Shown here: positions 13,071 through 23,651 of the stretch, piece by piece
Layout of the letters: every line of letters begins with the position of its first letter
Position numbering within the stretch: position 1 is the first letter of the stretch
DNA from: Octopus sinensis
Taxonomy: Eukaryota
Assembly (NCBI RefSeq): GCF_006345805.1
Contig: NC_043002.1
Location: 40,610,001-40,674,000 of the forward strand
Direction of reading: 5' to 3'
Length of the DNA: 64,000 nt
The notes under the pieces: generated by a model
Seen by the model: the letters and a program-made list of their open reading frames with translations, nothing else
What the model was told of the DNA's origin: nothing
The model's database searches: none
Position numbers and translations under genes: made by a program

Positions 13071-13220
13071 TCATAGAGACTATCAGAAGAGGTTTCACCC
13101 TTTAGCATTTAGATTACTTTCTCAAATGTAATGCTTATTTATCCACATTGTTTTGAATTAATCAATTGTGCATTATTTCATAACTCCAAGATATTGATGA
13201 TGTGATAGTTTATTTATAAA

Positions 13221-14139
13221 ATGATGTGTAATGTCAGTATGCATACTCGACAGAGAGTAAGTACCTTGAGAGAAAAGTTGGACCTAAGAAACATCAGATG
13301 TGGTGTGCAAGAGAGACGACTGTGCTGGTATGGTCATGTGGCGAGAATAGATGAGGATAGCTGTGTGAAAAAGTGCCACACCCTAGCGGTTAAGGGAACC
13401 TGTAGAAGAGGTAGACCCAGGAAGACCTGGGATGAGGTGGTGAAGCATAACCTTCGAACATTAGGTCTCATCGAGGCAATGACTAGTGATCGGGACCTTT
13501 GGAAATATGCTGTGCTTGAGAAGACTTGGCAAGCCAAGTGAGACCATAACCTCATGGCCTATGCCAGGGGTGTAACCATCTGACTTATGCGTACCTTTCC
13601 TGCATTGGACACTAAACTCTGCTTGCGAAGACCTGTTGAGGCAAGTGAAATCGAAATTGAAATCAAATTTGATGACTGGCATCTGTGCTAGTGGAGTGCT
13701 AGGAGCACCATCCGAGTGTGATTGTTGCTAGAGCAGCAAACTGGCTTCTGTGCTGGTGGCACATAAAAAGCACCATTCAAGCATGATCATTACCAGCATT
13801 GCCTTACTGGCACTTGTGCCAGTGGCACATGAAAAAACATTCCAAAGAGGTTGTTGCCAGTGCCGCTGGACTGGCTCCTGTACAGGTGGCACATAAAAAA
13901 CACCATTTGAGTGTGGCCGTTGTCAGTACCGCCTGACTGGCCCTCATGCAGGCGGCATGTAAAAGCACCCACTACACTCTTGGAGTGGTTGGCATTAGGA
14001 AGGGTATCCAGCTGTAGAAACTCTGCCAGATCAGATTGGAGCCTGGTGCAGCCATCTGGCTCGCCAGTCCTCAGTCAAATCGTTTAACCCATGCTAGCAT
14101 GGAAAGTGGACATTAAATGATGGTGATGATGATGATGAT
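13221..14139 (+). mobile_element. 5'-truncated RTE-clade LINE (ORF end plus long 3' UTR) inserted in a TTAA element (13096-14250)
   Basis: ERRLCWYGHVAR...RRGRPRKTW C-terminal RTE motif, a ~600-bp 3' UTR and a (GAT)n tail. Host element sequence continues on both sides. Confidence 0.88.
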
Positions 14140-14739
14140 ATTGTAAGGTATATACAAGAGGCTGGATTTGGCTGGCCTTAGCATAAAACTATTTGAAAAT
14201 TTTTTAATATTTGAGTTGTCTATAGCCAGAATAAATGCTAAAGGTTTAAACTGCATTGAAATGTATTGTAATGAAGTAATAGACTTCATTCCTTCATTAG
14301 ACAGTGTTCAAGTTTTGGGAAAGTGATAACACAACCTTTACTCTTCTGCTAAGTTCATAATGAAAATGCTAGAACATATGGTATTGGAGAAAAGTGGTAG
14401 TATTAGTTCATTGAATATTCAATAACAGTATCACGGTTATTAGAATATCACTTGAAGAGAGAGTAGCAGACAACAACCAGCACTATCACTGGAATATCAG
14501 CAATGCTTGAAGAGAGAGAAAAAGAGAGAGAGAGAGAAGCTCTATCAAATGGAATGAGTCTGTCAAAGATACGTCATCCTCATTATGAGAACTATGAGGA
14601 ATATAATTCTATGATGCCAGTTGACAACAGCTGGCATGTTATCGAAAACAATGTGACAAAAATCAGAATTTAGTGTAGGAGCTTAACGATTTCCTTTATA
14701 TGGGATATGATAGATAATGACAAAAATGATAATACTGTT

Positions 14740-14895
14740 ATTGTTGTTGTTGGTGACGATGATGATGGTGGTGGTGGTGATGGTGGTGGTGATGATGATG
14801 GTGGTGGTGGTGATGATGGTGGTGATGATGATGGTGGTGGTGGTGATGATGGTAAAAATGTTGATGTTGGTAGTGATGGTGACGATGATGATGAA
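14740..14895. repeat. Compound (GAT/GGT)n microsatellite
   Basis: Directly visible; explains the poly-D/G, poly-T/I and poly-M/V ORFs. Confidence 0.95.
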
Positions 14896-15193
14896 GAAAA
14901 TTATGATTATAATGACATTTTTCAAAATGATTTTGCTACCAGTATTGTTTATTGATTTCCAAGTCAAACCTGAACAAACAGCTCTATAATCAAATGCATT
15001 CCAGCCATAACCATCTTGTATTTTTGGCGGGGAAAGCAGGAATGCATTATTGAATTATTATTGTCATTCCTTGTTTAAGATAGAAGTGTGATTTGCGGCA
15101 AATTTGGCTTTTATTCCTAGCACGTCAAGCAAACACAGATAGGTTCCCTAATAGCAGGCATGTGCAAACTGCAGGACCTTCTGAATTGCATAC

Positions 15194-15590
15194 TCTTTAC
15201 TCTTTTACTTGTTTCAGTCATTTGACAGTGGCCATGCTGGAGCACTGCCTTTAGTCAAGCAAATCGACCCCCAGACTTATTCTTTGAAAGCCTAGTACTT
15301 ATTCTATCAGTCTCTTTTGCCAAACCGCTAAGTTACGGAGACGTAAACACACCAGCATCAGTTGTCAGGCAATGTTGTGGGGACAAACACAGACACACAA
15401 ACATATACACACACATACATATATATATACATATATATACAATGGGCTTCTTTCAGTTTCCGTCTACCAAATCCACTCACAAGACTTTGGTCGGCCCAAG
15501 GCTATAGTAGAAGACACTTGCCCAAGGTGCCATGCAGTGGGACTGAACCCGGAACCATGTGGTTCATAAGCAAGCTACTTACCACACAGT
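15194..15590 (-). mobile_element. SINE family B (CORE-like), near full length
   Basis: Reverse complement of 56560-56958. Further copies at ~30560-30935, 35965-36250, 39596-39950, 43990-44395, 44780-45650, 51725-52080 and 60630-60965. Confidence 0.85.
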
Positions 15591-15593
15591 CAG

Positions 15594-16007
15594 CCCCTTA
15601 GCATTTAAACCAGCCAAATCTGGCCAAAATATTCTACCTGTTTTCATACAAACCCACCTGAAACCACCTCTGGTTCTGTAGTACAAATGTCTTATTTTCA
15701 AAAGTTCTGAAGTAAAATCTTACATCAAACCTTAGTCACAATTTATATTCCTAACACTAGCTTAATGACAAGTAAGTTATTTTACTAAATTCTTTGTTAT
15801 ATTTAAAATTAATTGAAAGAAACACAGAGCATCTCAACAGAAATATGGTAACAAAAGGGTTAATGCCCAAACCAGCCAGGTCAATCTAAAAATATGCAAT
15901 CACATTATATTAATTTTGAAGCTATAATATAATACAATTAATTCAAAACAATGTGAATAAATAAGTATTAGATTTTGGCAGAGCAATCTGAATACTAAAG
16001 GGTTTAA
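15594..16007. mobile_element. TTAA element with a second TTAA element (~15650-15863) nested inside
   Basis: Outer ends CCCCTTAGCATTT ... TAAAGGGTTTAA; inner end GGTAACAAAAGGG-TTAA. The same pairing is seen at 51164-51620. Confidence 0.65.
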
Positions 16008-17149
16008 TGCTTTTAGAAATGTGGGCCCGCCTGAAAATGATCCATGTCTTATACATCCTGCTTCTTGAAAATAGTTGTCTGTACCAACTTTATGAGGCTC
16101 AAGCAACCCCATAGATTTTTCCCTCACTGGCATGTAGAGGACATTCCTACCATGACAACCACTACACACACCTTGACTTTCAATGTAGTTTTAGGATCTG
16201 TTGACAGAGAAAGTATTGAAGTGTTAAAGCTGAGAAGCAGACAGCTAATTTAATAATCAAGATGATATTTTTGTGAATGAGATACCAATGTCTATCACCC
16301 TTTTATTTCATACGTCTATTATCATTTAAAAATAAACCATTACTTCTTTTCTTGTTTTCTCCTTTTGAACAGAATTATTGGCGCTATGATTTTGAAATGG
16401 AGATATTGATGAAATTGTAAATACTACAATTACACTGTTATTTTGGGGATTCATGTTTGACCAATCAAAGCTTTATTCCTATTGTTAGCATCCAGTTTTC
16501 GATAATTTCGATATTTATAACATTCTTAGGAATTGGAAAAATAAATAAATATACAAAACTACTGAATGTTGTTGTTTTTTTTTCTGGTTTTTCACATTTG
16601 TATTTCCTATTCTCAGTGATCAAAGAAATTTTTATTAGTTGTGATGACAAGGCTAACTGAACAACTTTACCTTAAAATATTTGAAAGAATTCAATAGGAA
16701 TTGCAAATAAAGAATTGGCTAGCATGTGAAAGAGAGAATGAGAGAAAGGGCAGAAAGAGAGAGAGGGGGAGCAAGAGAGAGAGAGTGATTAATAAAGTGG
16801 GAAAGAGGTGAAAGAAAGAGAGAGAGAGAGAGAATGAGAGAGAGGAAATGAGAATGAGAAAGTGTTTAAAAGAGAATGAAAGAAAAAGAGAGAGAATGAG
16901 AGAGTGATTAAAAGAGAACGAGAAAGAGGGGAGAGACAGAAAGAAAATGTGAGAAATAGATGTTGACATATACAGTGTATGTGAGAGAGAGAGGAGGAAG
17001 AAGGTGAATGCAAGATAGAAAAAAGGAGGGGGTGTGGGACCAAAAACAAAAATAAACCCCTCCTCCTTACCAAGAACAAATAGAGGAAAATGTCAGGATT
17101 TACACAATGGTACAACATAGAAATCTATTATGTACTACTACAACAAATA

Positions 17150-17600
17150 GTAATAATAATAATAATAATCCTTTCTACTATAGGCACAAGGCCTGAAATT
17201 TTTGGGGGAGGTTGCAAGTCGATTACACTGACCCCCATACTCAACTGGTACTTACTTTATTAACCCTGAAAGGATGAATGGCAAAGTCAACCTTGGTGGA
17301 ATTTGAACTCAGAATGTAGCGATGGGTGAACTACCACTAAGCATTTCATCCAGTGTGCTAACGATTCTTTTCTATTCTAGGCACAAGGCCCCAAATTTTG
17401 GGGGATGGGGCCAGCCGATTAGATTGAACCCAGTATGCAACTGGTACTTAATTTCTCGACCCTGAAAGGATGAAAGGCAAAGTCGACCTTGGAGGAATTT
17501 GAACTCAGAACGGAAAGACAGATGAAATATTGCCAAGCATTTCATCCAGCATGTTAACGATTCTGCCAGCTTGCTGCCTTAATAATAATAATGATGATGA
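17150..17600 (-). mobile_element. Two head-to-tail family A SINEs between (AAT)n tracts
   Basis: Two copies of ggcacaaggcc...gaaaggatgaa.ggcaaagtc.acc...gaactcagaa. Confidence 0.85.
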
Positions 17601-18053
17601 TGGTAATTATTCTATCTAATTTTCAAACAAGGTCAGCAATTTTGAGGAGAGAGGAAACTTAAGTACATTGACCTCCTGCCCCATGCTCAACTGGTGCACA
17701 CACACACACAAAATATATAGATCAGGATTCCAGTGAATCAAGCACTTAAATGGTAAGGCACCAAGTTGGGCCAAAAAATAAAATGTGCATACAACAATAG
17801 AGGAAAACATACGCAGGTACCAAAGTATATTCGGGAAGATATTCAGGTTATCTATATGATTAACTGTACTTGACTGAGTATACCATGAGCCCTAGGGTTA
17901 ATCTAGGAAATGCAATTTCAGTAAATGTACAGTCCATAGTATACTTTGGATCTACACAATGGAGCAGGTTCTGAGTGAGGTGGGTAATAAATAAATAAAT
18001 AATTGTCCATCTGTTGTTATTTATTTTATATATATACACATATACATATATAC

Positions 18054-18084
<31 letters not shown>

Positions 18085-18421
18085 AATCGGAATCGAAATT
18101 GAACCAATCCTATGATTGGCACCCGGCAGATGCCAGGACCCCTGGACTGGAGATACGTAAAAAGCACTATCCGAATCGTGGCCGATGCCAGCGCCGCCTC
18201 GACTGGCTTCCGTTTCGGTGGCACGTAAAAAGCACCCACTACACTCATGGAGCGGTTGGCGTTAGGAAGGGCATCCAGCTGTAGAAACATTGCCAGATAA
18301 GACCGGAGCCTGGTGCAGCCTTCTGGCTTCCCAGATCCCCGGTCGAACTGTCCAACCCATGCTAGCATGGAGAACGGACGTTAAACGATGATGATGATGA
18401 TGATATATATATATAATATAT

Positions 18422-18491
<70 letters not shown>

Positions 18492-18636
18492 TATATATAT
18501 ATATGAGAAAAAATGAGTTCAAAAAGAACAATTCAGACTTTTTGGGGGATCCAGAAAGAGAGAAAAAGTGATTTCAAATAAAGATTCATCATATTCATAA
18601 AAATCAGCCAGAGCAAGTAATAAGAATATGAAATTA

Positions 18637-18826
18637 ATATTTGAGGAGTTTCGTTATAGGTATGAAAATATACCATAAACGAGTATAAGAAAATGTAGAA
18701 TCAGAAATGTAAAATCAGAAATAAATTTATTAATAAATCTATTTCTGATTCTACATTTTTTTGCCTCCATTTTTTAATACTTGTTTATGGTATATTTTTA
18801 TACCTACAACGAAACTCCTCAAATAT
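18637..18826. mobile_element. Foldback/MITE-like ~190-bp near-perfect palindrome
   Basis: ATATTTGAGGAGTTTCGTTATAGGTATGAAAATATACCATAAACGAGTAT... is mirrored by ...ATACTTGTTTATGGTATATTTTTATACCTACAACGAAACTCCTCAAATAT. TA context at both ends. Confidence 0.75.
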
Positions 18827-18899
18827 ATATATATATATATATATATACATACACATATATATAATGTACTGATCCATGTTAGAAAACTCAACAAAAAAA

Positions 18900-21048
18900 G
18901 TACTCCATCTGGTGAGAGATAATTATTATTTATTTAAAGGTCACAATACATGTATTAAAGCGCTACTAATAGTTTCATATGTTGTGAAAACTCAAACCTA
19001 TTCTTCAGGTGCAAACAACATATCATAACGAACTAAAGAAATTGAATAATAGAAGAAATGCAAAAAAACTGAGAAGGCAGCATACAGAAAATGCAGAAAA
19101 TAAACAACAGAAAACGAAAAACAAAAACTAAAATTCAAAAAGTATAAAGTAAAAAGGTAAAAGATCTATCCTCCTTAGACCTTAAATGATAAAGCTGGAA
19201 AGATATCAAGTCAGTCACAAATAAGCAAAATTTTTCAATTCTTCAAAATATATTTATTCATATGCATGCAACCACTGAAAATTTCTGACCTGGAGATCAA
19301 TAGAGAGTTAGGAATCTTAGAGCTGAACGGGATCTGCATTCTTTCAGCCAAACAAAATCTACATTTATTCAATCCATTCACATGAGGTATGGATTTCTCA
19401 ATTTCTTTCCATTTAATCACATGTGGTGCGTCATTATCTTTCAAAGTCCACAGCTAGCCAACTTAGGAACTTTACTTTTGTCTCTATGTCAGGAAGCTAT
19501 GTGATTGGCATTGCAATTTTTAAATTGACCATCACATAATCCAATATAAGTCTTCTTATCAGTTGTATTATTATTCAGGGTTGCAGTAACTTCTGCCTCA
19601 TATACAATAGATTTAGTCATACATCGTTGGTCAAGTTGACAGGATCCTGGGTCTTGACAGTTGCAACTGGATTCAGGCTCTTGGTATTAATCACGTGTAA
19701 TGCTACTCTTCATATTGGGGCAGCAGCTATATGATAATTTCACAGAATGCCTATTAAATATTTACCAGTATCTGTGAGGGGCTGGAAAATATTTATCTAG
19801 GAGAGACAGGAATCTTTTACCAATATTAATTTTTATATTAAAGGAAAAGAGAGGAAGGAACCAAAAAATTTTCCTTGACCTACTTTTAGTTTTCTTATTA
19901 TCCTGATTAATACTAGAGTGGTTATGTACAACTTTATCTTTGATGCCACTAGAACTATTATTAATATTTTGATTATTATTAGAGGGATTTATATTAATGT
20001 ATCTTTGAAGCCACTATCGGCTAGGGCCTTGTTATAATAAGGGGCAGCTTTCTCGAAAATTTCTTTAGAAGAAGAGAGGTTAAACACTCTGTTACTAAAA
20101 TCAGGTTTTTAAATACTAAAGGAGGGTAACAAGATTTTTTATGTATATATGCGAGTTTCTCATTAGGCTTATGGAAAGGTTTATACAAGGAATTTAAATC
20201 TAGGGAAACATCTAAATAATCAACTATTGAGAGATTAGTAGCATCTGTAATTTTAAGTCCTAAATTATAAAAGGTAGGAATTAGATGCCTTCTAAATCTA
20301 TCAAGGGTGTTACCATCACACCCATGGGAAATGCCCAAACTGTCATCATGGTTATAGGCCAACGTCATGAGATGGGTATCTATATCTCAATGTGTTTGAT
20401 ATGGATAAAACCATAAGATCACAGATATAAGCAATATCATATGACCCCATAGATACATCAAATAGTTCACTGCTATGCAACTTTTTTACCCATGATAATC
20501 CTTTACTGAACAATAGTGCTTTCCTCACATACCTGATAAAATTTAGGTCTACAGGGTCAATATCAACATATGATTTAATAAATTCAATAACTTTATCATG
20601 CAGCAATCTAGATATAGAGGGATAAAAGTCTATATCAAAGAGGGTAAATTTAACCTTATTCTTGATATTCTTAAACCAATCTATTACTGTAAATCTGTTA
20701 TTCCATTGTTGAAGCCCAGTAATTTCCCTAATTGTATCATTAATATTTCTAAGTATTCTTTTTAGCTACTAGCCAATTTCAGATCTTGCTGGGTTTCACA
20801 ATCTACAAGAAGAAAATTGGGGTTATGGTCTTTTAAAGTAATAAACACTTCTCACTTAGCTAAGCATTCTAATCTACCATCAATATTACTATGTTTAGTG
20901 AGGAATTTAGCTTCATCATTGATATAGTATCTCTCTACATTAGTTTCCTTATATTTAGAGGATGTGGTATCTTTCAGCAACTTATCATATAAATCATTTG
21001 TAACTTCATAAAGATTATTAGTTTTATCCGAAAATACAAACTTCTTTT

Positions 21049-21052
<4 letters not shown>
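18900..21052 (-). mobile_element. Penelope-like retroelement (Naiad-like), 5'-truncated and frameshifted RT + GIY-YIG
   Basis: Minus fragments in order: FSDKTNNLYEV, NPARSEIG, MGSYD..ICDL, YNHDDSL (YRDDGL-like), YLDVSLDL..YKPFHKPN, LSYSCCPNM, CNCQDPGSCQLDQRCM..SIVY.AEV...YIGL (GIY-YIG), and C-terminal CRFCLAE..RSEIFSGCMH. Confidence 0.9.
18960..19012 (-). ncRNA. Minimal type-I hammerhead ribozyme in the Penelope 3' pseudo-LTR (degenerate)
   Basis: Minus strand: GCAC-CUGAAGA-AUAGGUUUGAG/UUUU/CACAACAUAU-GAAA-CUA U UAG-UA-GCGC. It is on the same strand as, and downstream of, the PLE ORF; AATAAA follows. Confidence 0.75.
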
Positions 21053-21106
<54 letters not shown>

Positions 21107-21109
21107 ATA

Positions 21110-23100
21110 CACATGAAAGAAGATAAAACTATCTTTACATCAGGTAAATGGGCCTGCTCATTATGTAGGAAAGGAGTTGGAAGAAATTCCATTCGGTGCA
21201 CCCAATGTAAACTATGGACACATAAGAGGTGCAGTGGAATCACAAGTAGAATAACAGATAAAGCCATCTTTGTATGTGGCAGATGTGCAGGAACAATAAG
21301 CATTACAAGCACACTAAATTTAGATTCTCTCAAATACTCAGGAGGCTCTCTTGAGGTTGTAGATAGTTTTTGTCACCTAGGTGACCAAATTAGCAATGGT
21401 GGTGGATGCTCTGAAATATTGTTTCTAGAATAAAAATAGGGTGGAGAGAGCTATTACTGCTGTTGGCAACAAAAGGACTCTCTCTCAGAGTGAAAGGTAG
21501 ACTGTATGATGCTTGTGTGCAAACAGTTATACTCCATGGTAGTGAGACATGGGCTCTGAATGCAGAAGCCATGTGTAAACTGGAGAGAAATGAAGGCAAA
21601 ATGCTCTGTTGGATGTGCAACACCAGTGCACATGTACAACATAGTGCAAAAGTATTGAGAGAAAAGTTGGGCATAAGAGGAATCAAATGCAGCATGCAAG
21701 AGAGAAGATTATGTTGATTTGGACATGTGATGCGTATGAATGAGGACAGCTGCATAAAGAAGTGCCAATCACAGAAACTGGATGGTACCTGTGGAAGAGG
21801 GAGACCCAGGAAGATGTAGGATGAGGTGGTAAGGACTGATCTCAGGATGTTGGGCCTCACAGAGGAAATGACAATGGACTGAGATGTTTGATGATATGAG
21901 GTTCTTGAGAAGACCTGCCCACGTTGGTGAAACTGAGTTCTACAAGTGCTGTGTGTCCCACCAACGCTTAACTAGAAAACTTCTCTCACACCCTACCATA
22001 ACAAACCAAACTACACCTCTTCTCTTCCTTGCATTTCCACTTCATGCACTATGCCTACCTCCCACTCCCCAATCCTGTCCTCTTGGCCCTGTCTCACTGT
22101 ATTATTGCTATCTGATAGCCCCCCCCCTGACCTGTGTATTCTACCCACACATAACAAGAAAACTTTTCACACACCCTACTCCAACAAACCAATATCTCTT
22201 CTCTTCCTTACATTTCCTCCTTCATACACCATGCCTACCTCTCACTCCCCAGTCCTGTCTTCAGAGCCCTGTTTCTCTGTATCATTGCTATCTGGTAGCA
22301 CCCCCCTCCCCTCCCACTCTAAATATACCCAGGTTTTCACCACTCACTTCTCCTTACCTCTGCACTCTCTAATCATGCTTCTTTCGCAATATCCTGCCAT
22401 TTATATTATGACTTTTGAACTTCAAGGGTATACCCTGGCACTTGCCACCATCTGTATCTCTCTCTCTCTTTACTCGACCATCTCATTTATATTCTGATCC
22501 ATCCATTATGAGTATGCCTGGTATTTTGCCTCCATCTTTATCCTGCTGTCTCCCACTATTTCTCCCCTTCTCCTGCACTTCTTTTAGGTTGGATAACCAT
22601 GTAGCTCCTTTGTGGCAGCACACCTGTTTCTGTCTTCATTCTTGATCTTTCTCTCTCTCTCCGGTTGGGTAACCTTGTACCTCCTATACAGCAAGACACC
22701 TGTTTCTGTCTCTCTGTCTCACTATAACCTTTCATCATCTGTCACAACATCACCTCCTCCAATGCCCCTTCCATTCTCAAAAGATTTTTGTTTTGCAAGT
22801 TACTTGGTGACCCTGTCAGTGCAGGTACAACTTAAAAAGTATCCAGTCTACACTGTAAAGTGGTTGGCATTTGGAAGGGCATCCAGCTGTAGAAACCTTG
22901 CCAAAATTGATCTCACCTGTGTTTGTGCCACACAAAAAGCACTAAGTTCACTCTGCTGAGTGGTTTGTGTTAGGAAGGGCATCCAGCTGTAAAAGTCCTG
23001 CCAAAACAGTCACAGAAGTCTGGTGCAGGCTTCTGCTTGGCTGGCTCCCATCAGACTGTCCCATCCATGCCAGCATGGAAGGCGGACATTAAATGATCAT
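21110..23100 (+). mobile_element. 5'-truncated RTE-clade LINE with PHD-type zinc finger and long pyrimidine-rich 3' UTR
   Basis: CSLC..CTQC..HKRC..CGRC, then LEVVDSFCHLGD, LYDACVQTVILHGSETW, ERRL..FGHV, RGRPRK. The 3' UTR has a ~170-bp internal duplication and the shared GGAAGGGCATCCAGCTG terminus. Confidence 0.88.
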
Positions 23101-23111
23101 GCATGCATGCA

Positions 23112-23220
23112 TGTATGTATGTATGTATGTATGTATGTATGTATGTATGTATGTATGTATGTATGTATGTATGTATGTATGTATGTATGTATGTATGTAT
23201 GTATGTATGTATGTATGTAT
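23112..23220. repeat. (TATG)n tetranucleotide microsatellite
   Basis: Directly visible perfect run. Confidence 0.97.
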
Positions 23221-23251
<31 letters not shown>

Positions 23252-23292
23252 TGCATATATATATTAAAAGTAATTAAGTCACTGTTTGGTCA

Positions 23293-23360
23293 TAGAGTGA
23301 CCAACGGTTTTGCATTCACAAAGGCCTTACTTAGCCTTGCAGACATCTCATCAGACTCTA
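23293..23360 (-). ncRNA. Type-I hammerhead ribozyme motif (core GAAA changed to AAAA)
   Basis: Minus strand: UAGAGU-CUGAUGA-(stem II ...AAGGC..GCCUU...)-AAAA-CCG U UGG-UC-ACUCUA. Stem I is a perfect 6 bp; a related half copy at ~28455-28490 keeps GAAA. Confidence 0.72.
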
Positions 23361-23419
23361 AAGCCAAAGACAAGAGTCTGCTTCTTTTTCGGGTTTATGA
23401 TACATTGACAATATATATA

Positions 23420-23651
23420 TTTCTTTACTGCCCAGAAGGGGCTAAACATAGAGGGGACAAACAAGGACAGACGAAGGGATTGAGTCGATTATATCGTCCC
23501 CAGTGTGAAACTGGTACTTTATTTATCGACCCCGAAAGGATGAAAGGCAAAGTTGGCCTCGGTGGAATTTGAACTCAGAACATAATGACAGACGAAATAC
23601 CGCTAAGCATTTCACCCGGCGCGCTAACGTTTCTGCCAGCTCGCCGCCTTC
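23420..23651 (-). mobile_element. Young family A SINE (alternative tail) with 17-bp TSD
   Basis: TSD CATTGACAATATATATA at 23403-23419 and 23652-23668. CpGs intact; near-identical to 27636-27870 in opposite orientation. Confidence 0.9.

Noticed and set aside
14683-14989. Gly/Asp-, Thr/Ile- and Met/Val-rich ORFs
   Set aside because: They are translations of a (GAT/GGT)n microsatellite, with no splice or homology support. The same applies to ORFs at 23023-23572, 33846-34224, 55645-56025 and 61921-62208.
19480-20810. In-frame TGA codons in the Penelope element as selenocysteine
   Set aside because: They fall at non-Cys positions in a copy with many frameshifts and stops; decay is the simpler explanation.
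21884-22497. Pro/Ser-rich ORFs of 148-162 aa
   Set aside because: They lie in the pyrimidine-rich, internally duplicated RTE 3' UTR; base composition explains the lack of stops.
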